From Patellaria atrata CBS 101060 (Eukaryota): a stretch of 64,000 bases of DNA. Of this stretch, positions 41,458 to 52,043 are shown piece after piece. Below the pieces are notes generated by a model. The model had not been told where the DNA came from and ran no database searches. It saw only the letters and a list, made by a program, of their open reading frames with translations. Location: the NCBI GenBank assembly GCA_010093705.1, contig MU006101.1, positions 1 to 64,000 of the forward strand, in the 5' to 3' direction. A program made the position numbers and the translations under genes. How positions within the stretch are numbered: position 1 is the stretch's first letter; each line of letters starts with the position of its first letter.

Positions 41458-42119
41458 TTATCTAAAAGAAACCCTCTTCCTGGTACTTTTGGCTTTAGCT
41501 GTAGATGATTCGTCTACTAGGGGAATAGCAGTGTCTGATTGACGATTGCGCTTCTTCCGCAGAGAGTCTTTAGTTTCCTCCTAAAAGAGTGCAACGCTTT
41601 AGAAACTGAGATGATAAAAGGGTAGTAGATTGACATACCAGTTTAGAACGTTTCTCTACCTGGCGTGCTTCCGCTTCCTTTCTCCGAGCTTCCCTAATCT
41701 CTTCTAGTTGACGCTATAGTAGGAATCAGCTTACTGTTCCCAGACCCGATTCAAACTGAAGTGCCTGCTCCGAGACGTACAGCTTTTATCATCTTGGACT
41801 CGATTTGACCCTCTTTATCAGCATTTACCATAGCAAGAATGGTCATCATGCTCTCCTGATCGTCTACGAAGACCTTGCCCTTCCTTTTTCCCTTTGGCTT
41901 CTCTACTCCAACTGGTGTAATCATGTTCAACTTTGGAATACCAAGCTCTTTCTCGGTGTACACCCTCTTCTTCTTTTTCTGCGGGACATGACTTTTCTGT
42001 GGTTTTATAGTTTGTGGTTTTGAGAGTCTGTTCTTGCTTTTCTTAGAGAGAGCTTTTGTAACGCCGTCCTTCTTCGATCCGTTCTTGGAGGACGGTTTGT
42101 TCTTCGGTATTGGCGCCAT
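41458..42119 (-). CDS. LOC1: 60S ribosomal subunit assembly/export protein Loc1, 3 exons
   Basis: [73 protein letters not shown]...RKRVSFR*. Confidence 0.9.
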
Positions 42120-42281
42120 TGTAAGTAATTCGTATTGCTCAAGAAACCTACAAAATCATTTTCTCGAAATATTTGCGGAAGTCAACGCTAGAGGCGGCAA
42201 CATTCCGCGAAGAGGCTTGGCAGACATCAAGCTTCCATCTCTTCCGGTTCGGATGGTAACCATTGCTATTCTCTATACAAC

Positions 42282-43348
42282 ATGTTCATAAAATGCAGTA
42301 GGCCATTGATATCTACTGTCCAGTTTTCATGCAAGCGCTATGCCTCGCGTCTCCGTATACAAGTACCACCACCATTTCCAGTAATAAAAACATGTCCCTC
42401 GCCTACATGTGAATGCCGGCCCATGCCGACCGGGTTAGATATCGACCGAGAGCAAGACCTGAATGGCACAATGGCAGCATATGGAGAGCATGTGCTCATA
42501 TCGACTGGAAAGGATGATTGGAAGAGCAGAATAGAAGACGAGGAAATTGGACCAGGAGAGCTTGCGCGAGAAATGAAGAAGCTGCTGGGTCGAGGAGGCC
42601 CGCATAGTGACGTTCGTCAGTCATTGCCAGTCTCAGTCTTAGAAGAGATGATTTTGTTATTGTGCTGATTAGACATATATTCTAGCCTTATCATAATGTA
42701 ATGATCACGAATTCCTCCTTCCCACTGAGTGAACCGTTTGAACCGGCAGACACGACCGTCGCCTCCGCCTTCCTCTTCCCAAGCTTCCGCTATGTACCTT
42801 GCATACCTCTCCAGGGAGAGTCGATCCGTAACTTCGTAAAAGGTTTCGTACTCCCAACTGAGCTTCACCCATCGTATGATGCAGTCTCTGAGGAACAGCG
42901 AGCGCCACTCCTCCGGCAACAAAGTCTACAGGACGAATTCGAGCCAATGAGCGTTAACCAGATTGTGGTCTTGATATGTGGCCATGGCGGAAGAGATTTA
43001 CGGTGCGGCGTAATGGGACCGCTTTTGCATGACGAATTTGAGGAGAAGTTGAAACAACAAGACATTCAGGTTGCGTACGATGAATCCTCTATGGAAGATT
43101 ATCAAGCAATCTCGGCGAGGGTCGGACTGATAAGCCATATAGGGGGGCACAAGTATGCTGGCAATGTGATCATATACATCCCACCTTCATATAATGATCA
43201 CCCGTTGGCGGGTAAAGGTATCTGGTATGGTAGAGTGAGCCCTGAACACGTGGAAGGGATTGTACGGACGACGATAATAGAAGGAAAAGTCATCAAAGAA
43301 TTTTTTAGAGGGGGGATCAATAATGATGGGAGTATACTACGATTGTAG
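42282..43348 (+). CDS. AIM32: Sucrase/ferredoxin-like [2Fe-2S] protein, Aim32/Apd1 family, with mitochondrial presequence-like N-terminus
   Basis: ICGHGGRDLRCG and SHIGGHKYAGN (C-X8-C...H-X-G-G-H), GIWYGRV; one intron. Confidence 0.85.
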
Positions 43349-43866
43349 ATGTAGAATACCAGGATATCTTCGAATAGAGCGTCATATGCTCCAACGCTAT
43401 CTTAAGACCGTATAGCCTACTAGCGCTGGATACCCTCTACAGCCATTCGGCGTGCAGGCACAGAGTACAGAGTAGGCGAGCAATAGTACAGCAGTAGAGA
43501 CCTCAGTAAAGTACATATCTAAAGCGAAGGTAAGAGCCAACCAGACCACGGCATAGATTCATCTAAATACTCTTAACGGAGTATAGTAATGATATCTTAC
43601 AGGTGCTTAACAGCCATAAGGTACTGCCGTGCAGAGTGCAGTTGGACACGCCTTTATGATCTGATGTGACTTTACACGGTCCGGAATCTTGGCGTCGTAA
43701 ATGAAGCTTCGAAACTTTCTCGAGAGCTCCGCAACAGCACCTCCGAGAAAACAAGCACGACAACATCATTCAACCAACCGTTTGCGGACCGAGTGCTCTA
43801 TCCCTCAATTCAATTAATCTACATCAACATAGCCAACCTCTTCTCCAGCACACCCACAGACCCACC

Positions 43867-44937
43867 ATGACCAGCAAATCCCGCCTCTCCCCCCTCCTCA
43901 AATCCCCCAACACGCGCATCTTCCTCGTCCTCAGCGCCGGCTTCCTCGGCGGCGCCAGCTACCGCTACTACCTAACCACCCCCTCGCGCGAACCCCCCTC
44001 TCTAAACCCCGACAAACACATCCCCTACACCATCACCCGCATCGAACCCTTATCCCCCACAAACACCATACTGCACCTACGCAACCCCGCCATCCCACCG
44101 GACCACTACTCCCTCATAAACGCCTGGCGACGTCTCGTGTGGAGCGTGCGGGTCGCGCAACCACAACTGCAGATCGAGCGCGCGTACACGCCGCTCCCGC
44201 CGCCGGGGCGGGAGGAGGACGCGCCGCAGGATTACCGGGAACTGAGGCTCCTGGTGAGGCGAGAAAGCGGCGGGGAGGTGTCGTCGTATCTGCATGACCT
44301 AGGGGAGGGGGGGGAGGTTTTGCTGAGGGGACCCGATCCTGGGTGTTTGATCCCGGAGCAGGTGGAGGAGGTGCTGTTTATTGCGGGGGGCACGGGGATT
44401 GCGCCGGCGATGCAGGTCGCGAGGGCATTGCAGCAGAGGAAGAAGGGGCGGTTGAGGGTTTTGTGGGCGAATAGACGGAGGGAGGAGTGTCTGGGTGGGG
44501 TGAGTGATGCGCCGCCGACGGTGTCGGGGTGGGAGTGGGTTAAGAGTTTGATAGGGATGGGGGAGGATAATGCATGGCGGGAACGGGGAGGTGGGATAAC
44601 GGGTGTGGATAAAGGGACGATTGTGCGAGAGCTGGAAGCAATGAAGAGACGGCCGAAGACGGTCGAGGAGTGGATGTCTGTGGAGTACTTCGTGGATGAG
44701 GAGGAACGGTATATCAAGCCAGCACATGTGAGGAGAGCGTTACCGCCAAAAGAGCCGGTAAAGCAAGGGGAGAAGTTCATCCCGTACAAAAGAATCATAT
44801 TCGTAAGCGGGCCGGAGGGGTTTGTGAATTATTGGGCTGGGCCGAAGGAGTGGAGAGATGGGTTTGAGAGGCAGGGAAAGTTGGGAGGCGTGTTGAAGGA
44901 GATGGATCTTCAAGGCTTTGAGGTGGTTAAACTATAA
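43867..44937 (+). CDS. CYC2: Mitochondrial FAD/NAD(P)H oxidoreductase (cytochrome b5 reductase/FNR family), Cyc2-like
   Basis: N-terminal TM, WSVRVAQPQLQIERAYTPLP, GEVSSYLH, LRGP, FIAGGTGIAPAMQ, VSGPEGFVNYWAGPK and QGKLGGVL motifs. Confidence 0.85.
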   Translation: MTSKSRLSPLLKSPNTRIFLVLSAGFLGGASYRYYLTTPSREPPSLNPDKHIPYTITRIEPLSPTNTILHLRNPAIPPDHYSLINAWRRLVWSVRVAQPQLQIERAYTPLPPPGREEDAPQDYRELRLLVRRESGGEVSSYLHDLGEGGEVLLRGPDPGCLIPEQVEEVLFIAGGTGIAPAMQVARALQQRKKGRLRVLWANRRREECLGGVSDAPPTVSGWEWVKSLIGMGEDNAWRERGGGITGVDKGTIVRELEAMKRRPKTVEEWMSVEYFVDEEERYIKPAHVRRALPPKEPVKQGEKFIPYKRIIFVSGPEGFVNYWAGPKEWRDGFERQGKLGGVLKEMDLQGFEVVKL

Positions 44938-45522
44938 TATTTGCAGAAGTTGAGTTGAGTAGTCTGAAAAGGTACTGGACATATTGGTCCCTTGAGGTAC
45001 GGCGTTGGGAAGCATTTGATAGGAGATGGCTGAGCCAGAGTGCAGGTCTGTACTTGTACATATGTATATTCTGTAACAATAATTCAGTAAAGAAAGTTCT
45101 GACAAGGTCCAATCCATGTGCTCCAAGCAGTAATACTTCCCCTTGTCAGAGTACTCCTATCTTGCTGTACGCTCGAAGCTCAAAAGTTGGTTCGACTTTG
45201 GCGTACAGACAAGTGAAAGGTTTGAAAAGGAGCCAGAATTTTAAAACTATACTTTATGCATACAACACTCGTAAGGTGACCAGGGAACCAGTGACAACGG
45301 GTGGGATATGACATTGGTTTGAGCTGGCAGAACCTAAACATGAAAGAGAAGGAAAAGGAATGAGAATCGACGTCTCAATGTACTTCATTCATAAATCTAC
45401 TGAATCCTTCTACCCAAAAGATTTATAGCCAAAATATGTACAGTTCTCCTTCTGCGATTCTCCTGAGAGTACGCTCTATCAGGTATGCTACAGTCGCCGT
45501 ACCGTCCTATTCCTGCTCTCCG

Positions 45523-45523
<1 letters not shown>

Positions 45524-45566
<43 letters not shown>
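45524..45566. repeat. Poly-C homopolymer (43 nt)
   Basis: Uninterrupted C run. Confidence 0.95.
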
Positions 45567-45567
<1 letters not shown>

Positions 45568-45854
45568 CCGTACAATATCTGATGCAAATTACCTTTCCTT
45601 TCGATACGACAGTATCGTTTCCTTTTCACCTCGTGCTATCCAATCAATCCAACATGCTCGAATTTAAGATGATATCAAAATCCACCCGCTACCTATGCCG
45701 AAATATAAATATAGATTCAAAACGAATGACAACCGAAAGAGAGCCGCTCCAATCCCAAATAGGGTATAGATGAACGCCAGGGAAATGCAAAAAGAAATGA
45801 TAGCGGACGTTACGCTTCTATAGTACACCGCTCAACAATGATGAAGGACAAAGT

Positions 45855-47454
45855 TTACAGTGCAAACATGAGTCCAGCACCCAACGCCGCCAGCGCGGGC
45901 GCAGCCGTAATCATAGCCATGGCGCCTCCTGTACTGGTCTCTGTGGTACTCGTTGGATTCGGTCTAGCGGATCCGTGGAACGTTGGACCACCGAGTCTGC
46001 CGCCACCCGTTGCGGGAATGGAACCGGTAGATACTGCGTTAGGCACACCGGTCGCATCGGGAACACCCTGAGTGCCCTCTGCGATCTCGAGGATATTGGA
46101 GTCACTGGCATTGAAGTTTGTCTGGGCGAGGGATATCTCGTTATTCGCGAGATCGTAGACGACATAAGCTGAGCGAAGGAATGTATCACCAAGAACATTG
46201 CTCGAGTCACCAGAGGGCATAATACCTGTAGAAAGAAATATGTTAGAAGGTGTTTGAGACATGTGGAGTGATGAGAGAATACGATAACATACCTAAAATA
46301 CAGATGGTGGAAAAGCCAGTGGTACCATATTCGAGGACAAGCTCGTTGAGGGGAACGCGGATGGTAGGACCGCTGAAGGTAAAATCGAGAGTATCATCGC
46401 TATTTCCTAGGGAGCAATCGCATACTGCGACGCCTTGGGTTGGGTCGAATTGGGCATCGTACAATCCGTAGATATGTTCAGCCAGGGGATCGGGGACGTA
46501 GGAGAGACTAGCACCTGAATCGAGAAGGACTGGAATCGTTTCACCGTCGAAGATGGAGCCCTCCTCTCCGTTTTGACCCATTGCGGTAAGGGCAATAAGG
46601 AACTCGATGTAGAATCCTTGCGTAGGGATGATCGGAAGCGTTTGGAGTTGTCCAATGTATTTCGCAGTATCCACACCGCCGAAGAGAATGGTACCGGTGT
46701 TGGCATCCAGGTCGTTCAACCATAAACTGAATGCATTCGACTGAATCATACCCTTCTCGGCCAGCAAAGCTGGAAGGTTAGGATAGCTGTCGCCACCAGC
46801 TCTGTTCACTTGGACTTCGTTGAGCTCATACCCTATACCTAAGATTCCTTCTGGTGATGTCGAAAGATAGCCGATTCCGAATTGTAGGCCCGTTAAGCTA
46901 GCACCTCCGAAGTGAAATGTATCCCTCACGTAGTCTCCAGACGCGCCAGAGCCATCGACGTAGGATATGTCGAAGAAGCTATTTACGTATTCGTACGTCG
47001 ACGAGGAATTCGCATCATAGGTACCGGATTCTGCGCATGGATCTGTTATATCACGGCACAACCGTGATCTTGCCGCGTTGATCCATAGATCGCTACTACC
47101 AGTATCGATGTGTAGGCGGAGTTCTTGCGCAGGTGTTCCCATAGAACAATTTGCGAAGTATAAAAATTCCAGATTGTCCAGTTCCTGACTGACAGTATCC
47201 TGTCGTTTTCGAAACTTCTTGCGATCGTGTTCGACGGGGTCCCTGACGTGCTTTCTCTGGATCTCTAAGCTCAAAGCGGCTGGATTTGCAACCTACAGGA
47301 ACGGTGCAGCTGTCAGCCAGAATTCTGCCAGAACATGTATACCAACCATGGTTTGATGAATGCTTACATTTCGACGCTCCAATCGTATAGCTTCAGAACA
47401 TGACAGGAATCCAAGTAGTGTTGCTGCAAAGACAGACTGCTTTGCAAATCTCAT
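45855..47454 (-). CDS. Secreted, probably GPI-anchored aspartic endopeptidase (yapsin/OpsB-like)
   Basis: Signal peptide MRFAKQSVFAATLLGFLS, KR site, DTGSSDLW and LLDSGAS catalytic motifs, LGDTFLRSAYVVYDL, S/T-rich and hydrophobic C-terminus; 2 introns. Confidence 0.92.
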
Positions 47455-47842
47455 GATGACCAAGGAATACTCTTAGGAGATGAAGCGAGGGCTATGTGAT
47501 GAGGATACAGGAGTAAGAGGAGTGAAAGACAACGATAATAATTATGTAAATGCTAGCATGAGGAAAATAGTATATATGAACAATAGTAAGGATATGGATA
47601 TAGCGGAACAGGATTCAGGAAAAGGTTGGATGTCAAAGGTGTCAGTGGTTTCTAGTGAATGACGCGGCGTGGCCCTAGATTGCGCATCCACATCCACACC
47701 GTGGCGAAGTAGGGTGAGCAAAGGAAAACAACGGGAGGGTGATAACAATGAGGTCACCGGACGCTTATTTAGGTGTGAGAGTTAGTTGGTTCGAACAAAA
47801 AGAAGTATTGTACAAGTTAATTGATGGTATGGTAAATGTACA

Positions 47843-47882
47843 GGTTGCGAGGTTGCGAGGTTGCGAGGTTGCGAGGTTGCGA
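47843..47882. repeat. Tandem repeat (GGTTGCGA)x5
   Basis: Five perfect 8-mers upstream of the protease gene. Confidence 0.9.
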
Positions 47883-50184
47883 GATACAAATGTAGCTTGT
47901 GCCTTTTCGGGTGAGGTTTGAAGGTCTCCTTGTCCGCGGGAGTGGTAGGAGCCTTGACAGGAATCGGGATAGGAGTAAAACCAACTGACGTCTATTTTCA
48001 AAGATTCAAGACGCAATAAAATAATTACAGAGATCAAGGTGAGAAGCACAAAAGAGTCCAGTAGTATACAATAGTAAGATAGCGAGTAGATTCGACTTCC
48101 AAACCCTCTCAAAGCCTTCTATTCTGTTGCTACCTCCCTCAGTCCCTCACTGTTCAAAGTTACCCTTCCATTCGGCCTGGGGGTTGTTTACGGGGGAAGC
48201 TTGCCGCCTTGGGCTCAAAGTCATGGCAGCCCTTGAGCCCTTGGGCCCAGGGCTTGGGGACGCATGGGCACACTGAGCAAACTGCAGACTAACCTCCGTG
48301 TCGCTGATTTGGTACAAAACAGTGTGCGCTGACTCCAGCCGCAGGAGAACGTTGTCTTTTGACTCGTTGCTTTTCTCCTGTTTCCAAAGCCAGCGGCTTG
48401 ATCAGGCTTAAAGGTGAAAAGTCAATATTCCCATCAAAAGTGCCAAACGTCTTGTTAACTCTTTGAGCTCTTGAGTCTTAGGCTGGACGAATACGACCTC
48501 CAACCTCATTCCTACCTGCTGCTACAGAAAAATCAAATTATTTCTATCATAAAGATTATTCTTAGGCAAGCAGTAATTACAATGATCCATGTTCATCCGC
48601 ATCCCGCAAAATCTCGTCATCCTCGTCCATCGATACATATCCGTCCGTAGCAGACCGAATAGCAGGAATAAAACCAACGGATCAACGTCAATCTGACTGT
48701 TCTCGAACTCAAAACGAAGCAAATATGAGCCGCATACGATAATAACGCTAATCAATTCCCCGTCCAGAGGAAACTCGAAGCAACTCCAAAGCACGAAACA
48801 CCCGACAAAGCAGGGCTGGAAGAATCGACTCCAGACCATGACAGAAGCGCATCCCGTGAGAGTGATGCACGTCTCGTCTCGAAACTTGGCATTTCGAACG
48901 TCTTTCACCTTTGCGAAACTAGAACCCCAGTTGGTTTCTTTCTTACTGACCGTTCACTTCCTTGGTATTATTGTGCGTATGCAAAACGACTTTGCTTCAA
49001 AGTACTCCTGAGACATGTCACAACAACACGGCATAGTTGGCTTCCGAGAAGATCATAACACACAAAATATAAGAATTTGTCACAGACAGTCTCATAATAG
49101 TGGATTGTCAGAAATTTTCTATTCATTCATTGGATTCTACAGAAGAATAATTTCTATTATTGTAACAAATGGACACATCATCGATCGCACTGCGGCTCAG
49201 CTGTGGCTGACGTGGCTTCGTTAGAGTTAGACTCCACTCTATGCTGTCAGGGATGGGTTTCATTGGTCCACTTGGTCCCATTCATGAGAGAGTAACTTAC
49301 GGAAATTTCCCTCGATTGTTGAATAACAGTCACATGAAATCGGAAGGCTTCCAGAAACTCTTATGACTCTGCTAGATCCTATACAGTATATACAGTATAT
49401 ACAGTATATCAATCACTAGGCTCCACCTCGTTTGCCTTCTCCGAATCTCCCACTCCATTCTTTTTCCTGCTTGCTGAGGTCGAAAATCTGCAAGATCCGT
49501 CTTCTCTCCTCGTTCGTTAGCTAAACTTCTTTGCTCGAGTTTCTTTACGTGCCTTCTTTGATTCTGCTTTTGCTTCACTTTCTTGAAGCTCCAGCTTCAT
49601 TTGGACGGCCCTCTCTCATCTTCTTGAGCAACTTTTCCGTCGCATACGCTCTTCCTCTCGTCCCTATTTCCGAACCTCATTTCTTGCCATACCGCTGCTT
49701 CTCTGTGCAACTGCACCATTCTCTCTTACCTCTACCCGATGCCTTCTGTCTAGATGATATATCTGCCTCAATTTACGGTATTACCTTCTTATATGCTTCG
49801 GGGACCGGTTGTGGGGCAAGGTCGATGTCTTCATAGTATATACCGCGATATTCATAGAGGTCGCTCCTTAAAACAAAAAAGACGATATCTCCAACCGAAG
49901 AAAGACGAAAGACGAAAGACAGTGATGAGATTTTGATACTATCTAAAGTACTGTATGACTTGACGGCTACTCATTAGCGGAGTTGCAGGTGGACAAATGT
50001 TCACTTTCAAAACTGGTTCGATTTACGACAACTACAAATAAAATGCGTGATCAAAACGAATGTAAAGGAGAAATTATTCCTTCTCTGCTGTAGTTCTACT
50101 CCGGAATGACTTAGAGTGATATCACACTGCCCAAAGTTTTCTGCTAGACTTTCAGCCCTGTGAAAAGGAGAACTAATTGTTAGA

Positions 50185-50281
50185 TTTTATATGTTAGCGG
50201 TTAGCCCTGGTATTATAGCACAGTTCTCCGCTGTGTACTGTACCATAATTCATCTTTGGGTTTGACTCCCGGTTTCGGGCC
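50185..50281 (+). pseudogene. Degenerate tRNA-like sequence
   Basis: D-loop-like TAGCGGTTA, stem TGGTA/TACCA enclosing hairpin CACAG-TTCTCCG-CTGTG, T-arm-like TTGGG-TTTGACT-CCCGG; acceptor stem does not pair well. Confidence 0.35.
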
Positions 50282-50361
50282 GAAAACCTTTTAACACCCC
50301 CTCAATCTGTCAGATATGAGATGACAACTTTTCATTCACACATCACGTGATAGTGAAATTA

Positions 50362-50474
50362 GGTCTTGTGGTCTAGCGGTATGATTCTCGCTTAGGGATA
50401 CCTAAGTTATAAATTTCACACTCTTCAAAAGGTGAATTTGCGAGAGGCCCCGCGTTCGAGTCGCGGCAAGACCC
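50362..50474 (+). tRNA. tRNA-Pro(AGG) with 41-nt intron (50398-50438)
   Basis: Acceptor GGTCTTG/CAAGACC, D-arm GTCTAGCGGTATGA, anticodon stem CTCGC/GCGAG with loop TT-AGG-G, T-arm CCGCG-TTCGAGT-CGCGG, T-runs downstream. Confidence 0.95.
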
Positions 50475-50685
50475 TGGAATTTTCCGTATTTTTGCTCCTA
50501 TATGCGTCGAAGTGAAGATATACTTTAACACAAAGAAGACTAAATCATCTACTTGCAGGATCTACGGGTAATATTAAGTCTTTTCATTTTTGGCGTGTTG
50601 TGGAAGGGATATTTCCCACGTCTAAAAGAGTTACCTTATACCCTCGCTCAAAGAATACACTCGGACATGACAGCATCTCCTCACA

Positions 50686-51596
50686 TCATCGCTCCCTTTC
50701 CTGCTCCCCCTCATCTCTCTCCTCATCTCTCTCCTCACCTCTCTCCTCATCTCTCTCCTCATCTCTCTCCTCATCTCTCTCCTCATCTCTCTCCTCATCT
50801 CTCTCCTCATCTCTCTCCTCATCTCTCTCCTCATCCCCTTTCTCCTCCTTCTCCCCATCTACCTCCCCCTCCTTCCCTTTCCCCTTCCCACCCCCCTCCT
50901 CCTCCCTCAACCTCTCCCTAACCCTCATCAACGCCCTCCCCAACAGATTCAACCTCCACTCCTCCTCCCGTCCCCCAGCCTCCCCCTCTGCAAACCTAAT
51001 CACCAAAACCCTATCCCCCCTCGCCGCCTCCGCCAACACACTCTCGACGGTCCCCAACAGGATCCTCCTCGCGCCTTTGTTTTACGAGAACTCAGCTCAG
51101 TTCCCCCCCTCGGCGACTTTCTTCCTGAAGCCCGCCCACAAATACTCGCTGTACCCCCTGACCTGGCGCCCGAGCTTCTTGTGGGCGGCGGGATCGGACG
51201 TCGCGAGGATTTTGGCGGCGGTGGTGGCGTCGGAGAAGAAGAGCACTTTATTGAGCATTATGTAGTGTTCTGCGCAGGAGAAGTGGAGGATTTGGTTTGA
51301 GGAGGAGGAGGAGGAGGGGAGGGAAGAGGATCCGAGGAGGGAAGAGGCGTGAGGGATGGGGAGGCTGGAAGCGGCGACGCTGAAGGGGGAGCTGTTCCAT
51401 TAGTAAAAGACGCCGGTGTGCGGGTCGTTGGGGTAGTAGAAGAATAGGGGGGCCCGAGGTCTGCGGGGGTTTGTGTCTCGTTTTGCTTGCGCGCTTGGAG
51501 GGGTGTATGTTTGGATGTTGCGGGAGCTTTGGAGCTTGAGGCGGCTTGTTTGGCTTTTATGGCTGTGTGGGCTTTGGATTTCGGTTTTGGTGGCAT
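50686..51596 (-). pseudogene. NADAR (YbiA/DUF1768) family pseudogene
   Basis: PLFFY...GVFY*WNSSPF...FSCAEHYIMLNK...KILATSDPAAHKKLGRQVRGY...GN*AEFS*N...LLGT...LAEAARGDRV...LNLLGRALMRVRERL. Stops at 51400-51402, 51097-51099 and 51082-51084, and the domain is out of frame with the ATG at 51596. Confidence 0.85.
50709..50834. repeat. 12-bp minisatellite (CCTCATCTCTCT) x about 10.5
   Basis: Near-perfect tandem array; reads (ERDE)n in the NADAR frame. Confidence 0.95.
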
Positions 51597-52043
51597 GATA
51601 GTGCTTTAGTTGGGCGTATTTAGATCTGGCGAGTATGTCTGTATAGTAATATTCGTAAGGAAGCCGCCTTCGAAAATTATACCTAGTCCAGTCGGGTATT
51701 GCTCAGTACTAAAGTCGGTATGCGACGTGAGTTCGTATCGTCGGTACCAGAGTTCGAAAGCTGTTAGTGTTCCGCTTTACTTAGGAGCTTCGATTTCTTC
51801 ATGTGGGACGGGCGATTGGTATATTCACAAAAGATATTGTCCAAATTCCCTTGCCACGGAGGTTGCGCTGGGATTTAGTCCCGTCGAGCAGCACTCCGTA
51901 CCATGCAGCGTGAGATAAACTATGAATATCCAGCCATCATATACGTCGAAATGAAGGGTATCTCGAAAGCAGTGTGCGAGCATGGTTCCAACATTGAACA
52001 GTTCTACACCACGAAGCGGATCATTGAGCTGGAAACATCTTCG

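Noticed and set aside
48520..49900. Fragmentary charged or coiled-coil-like frames
   Set aside because: Interrupted by stops with no identifiable family. Possibly gene relics, but unsupported.
50553..51265. Plus-strand ORFs with (PHLS)n or poly-Ser
   Set aside because: Antisense read-outs of the minisatellite and the NADAR pseudogene.
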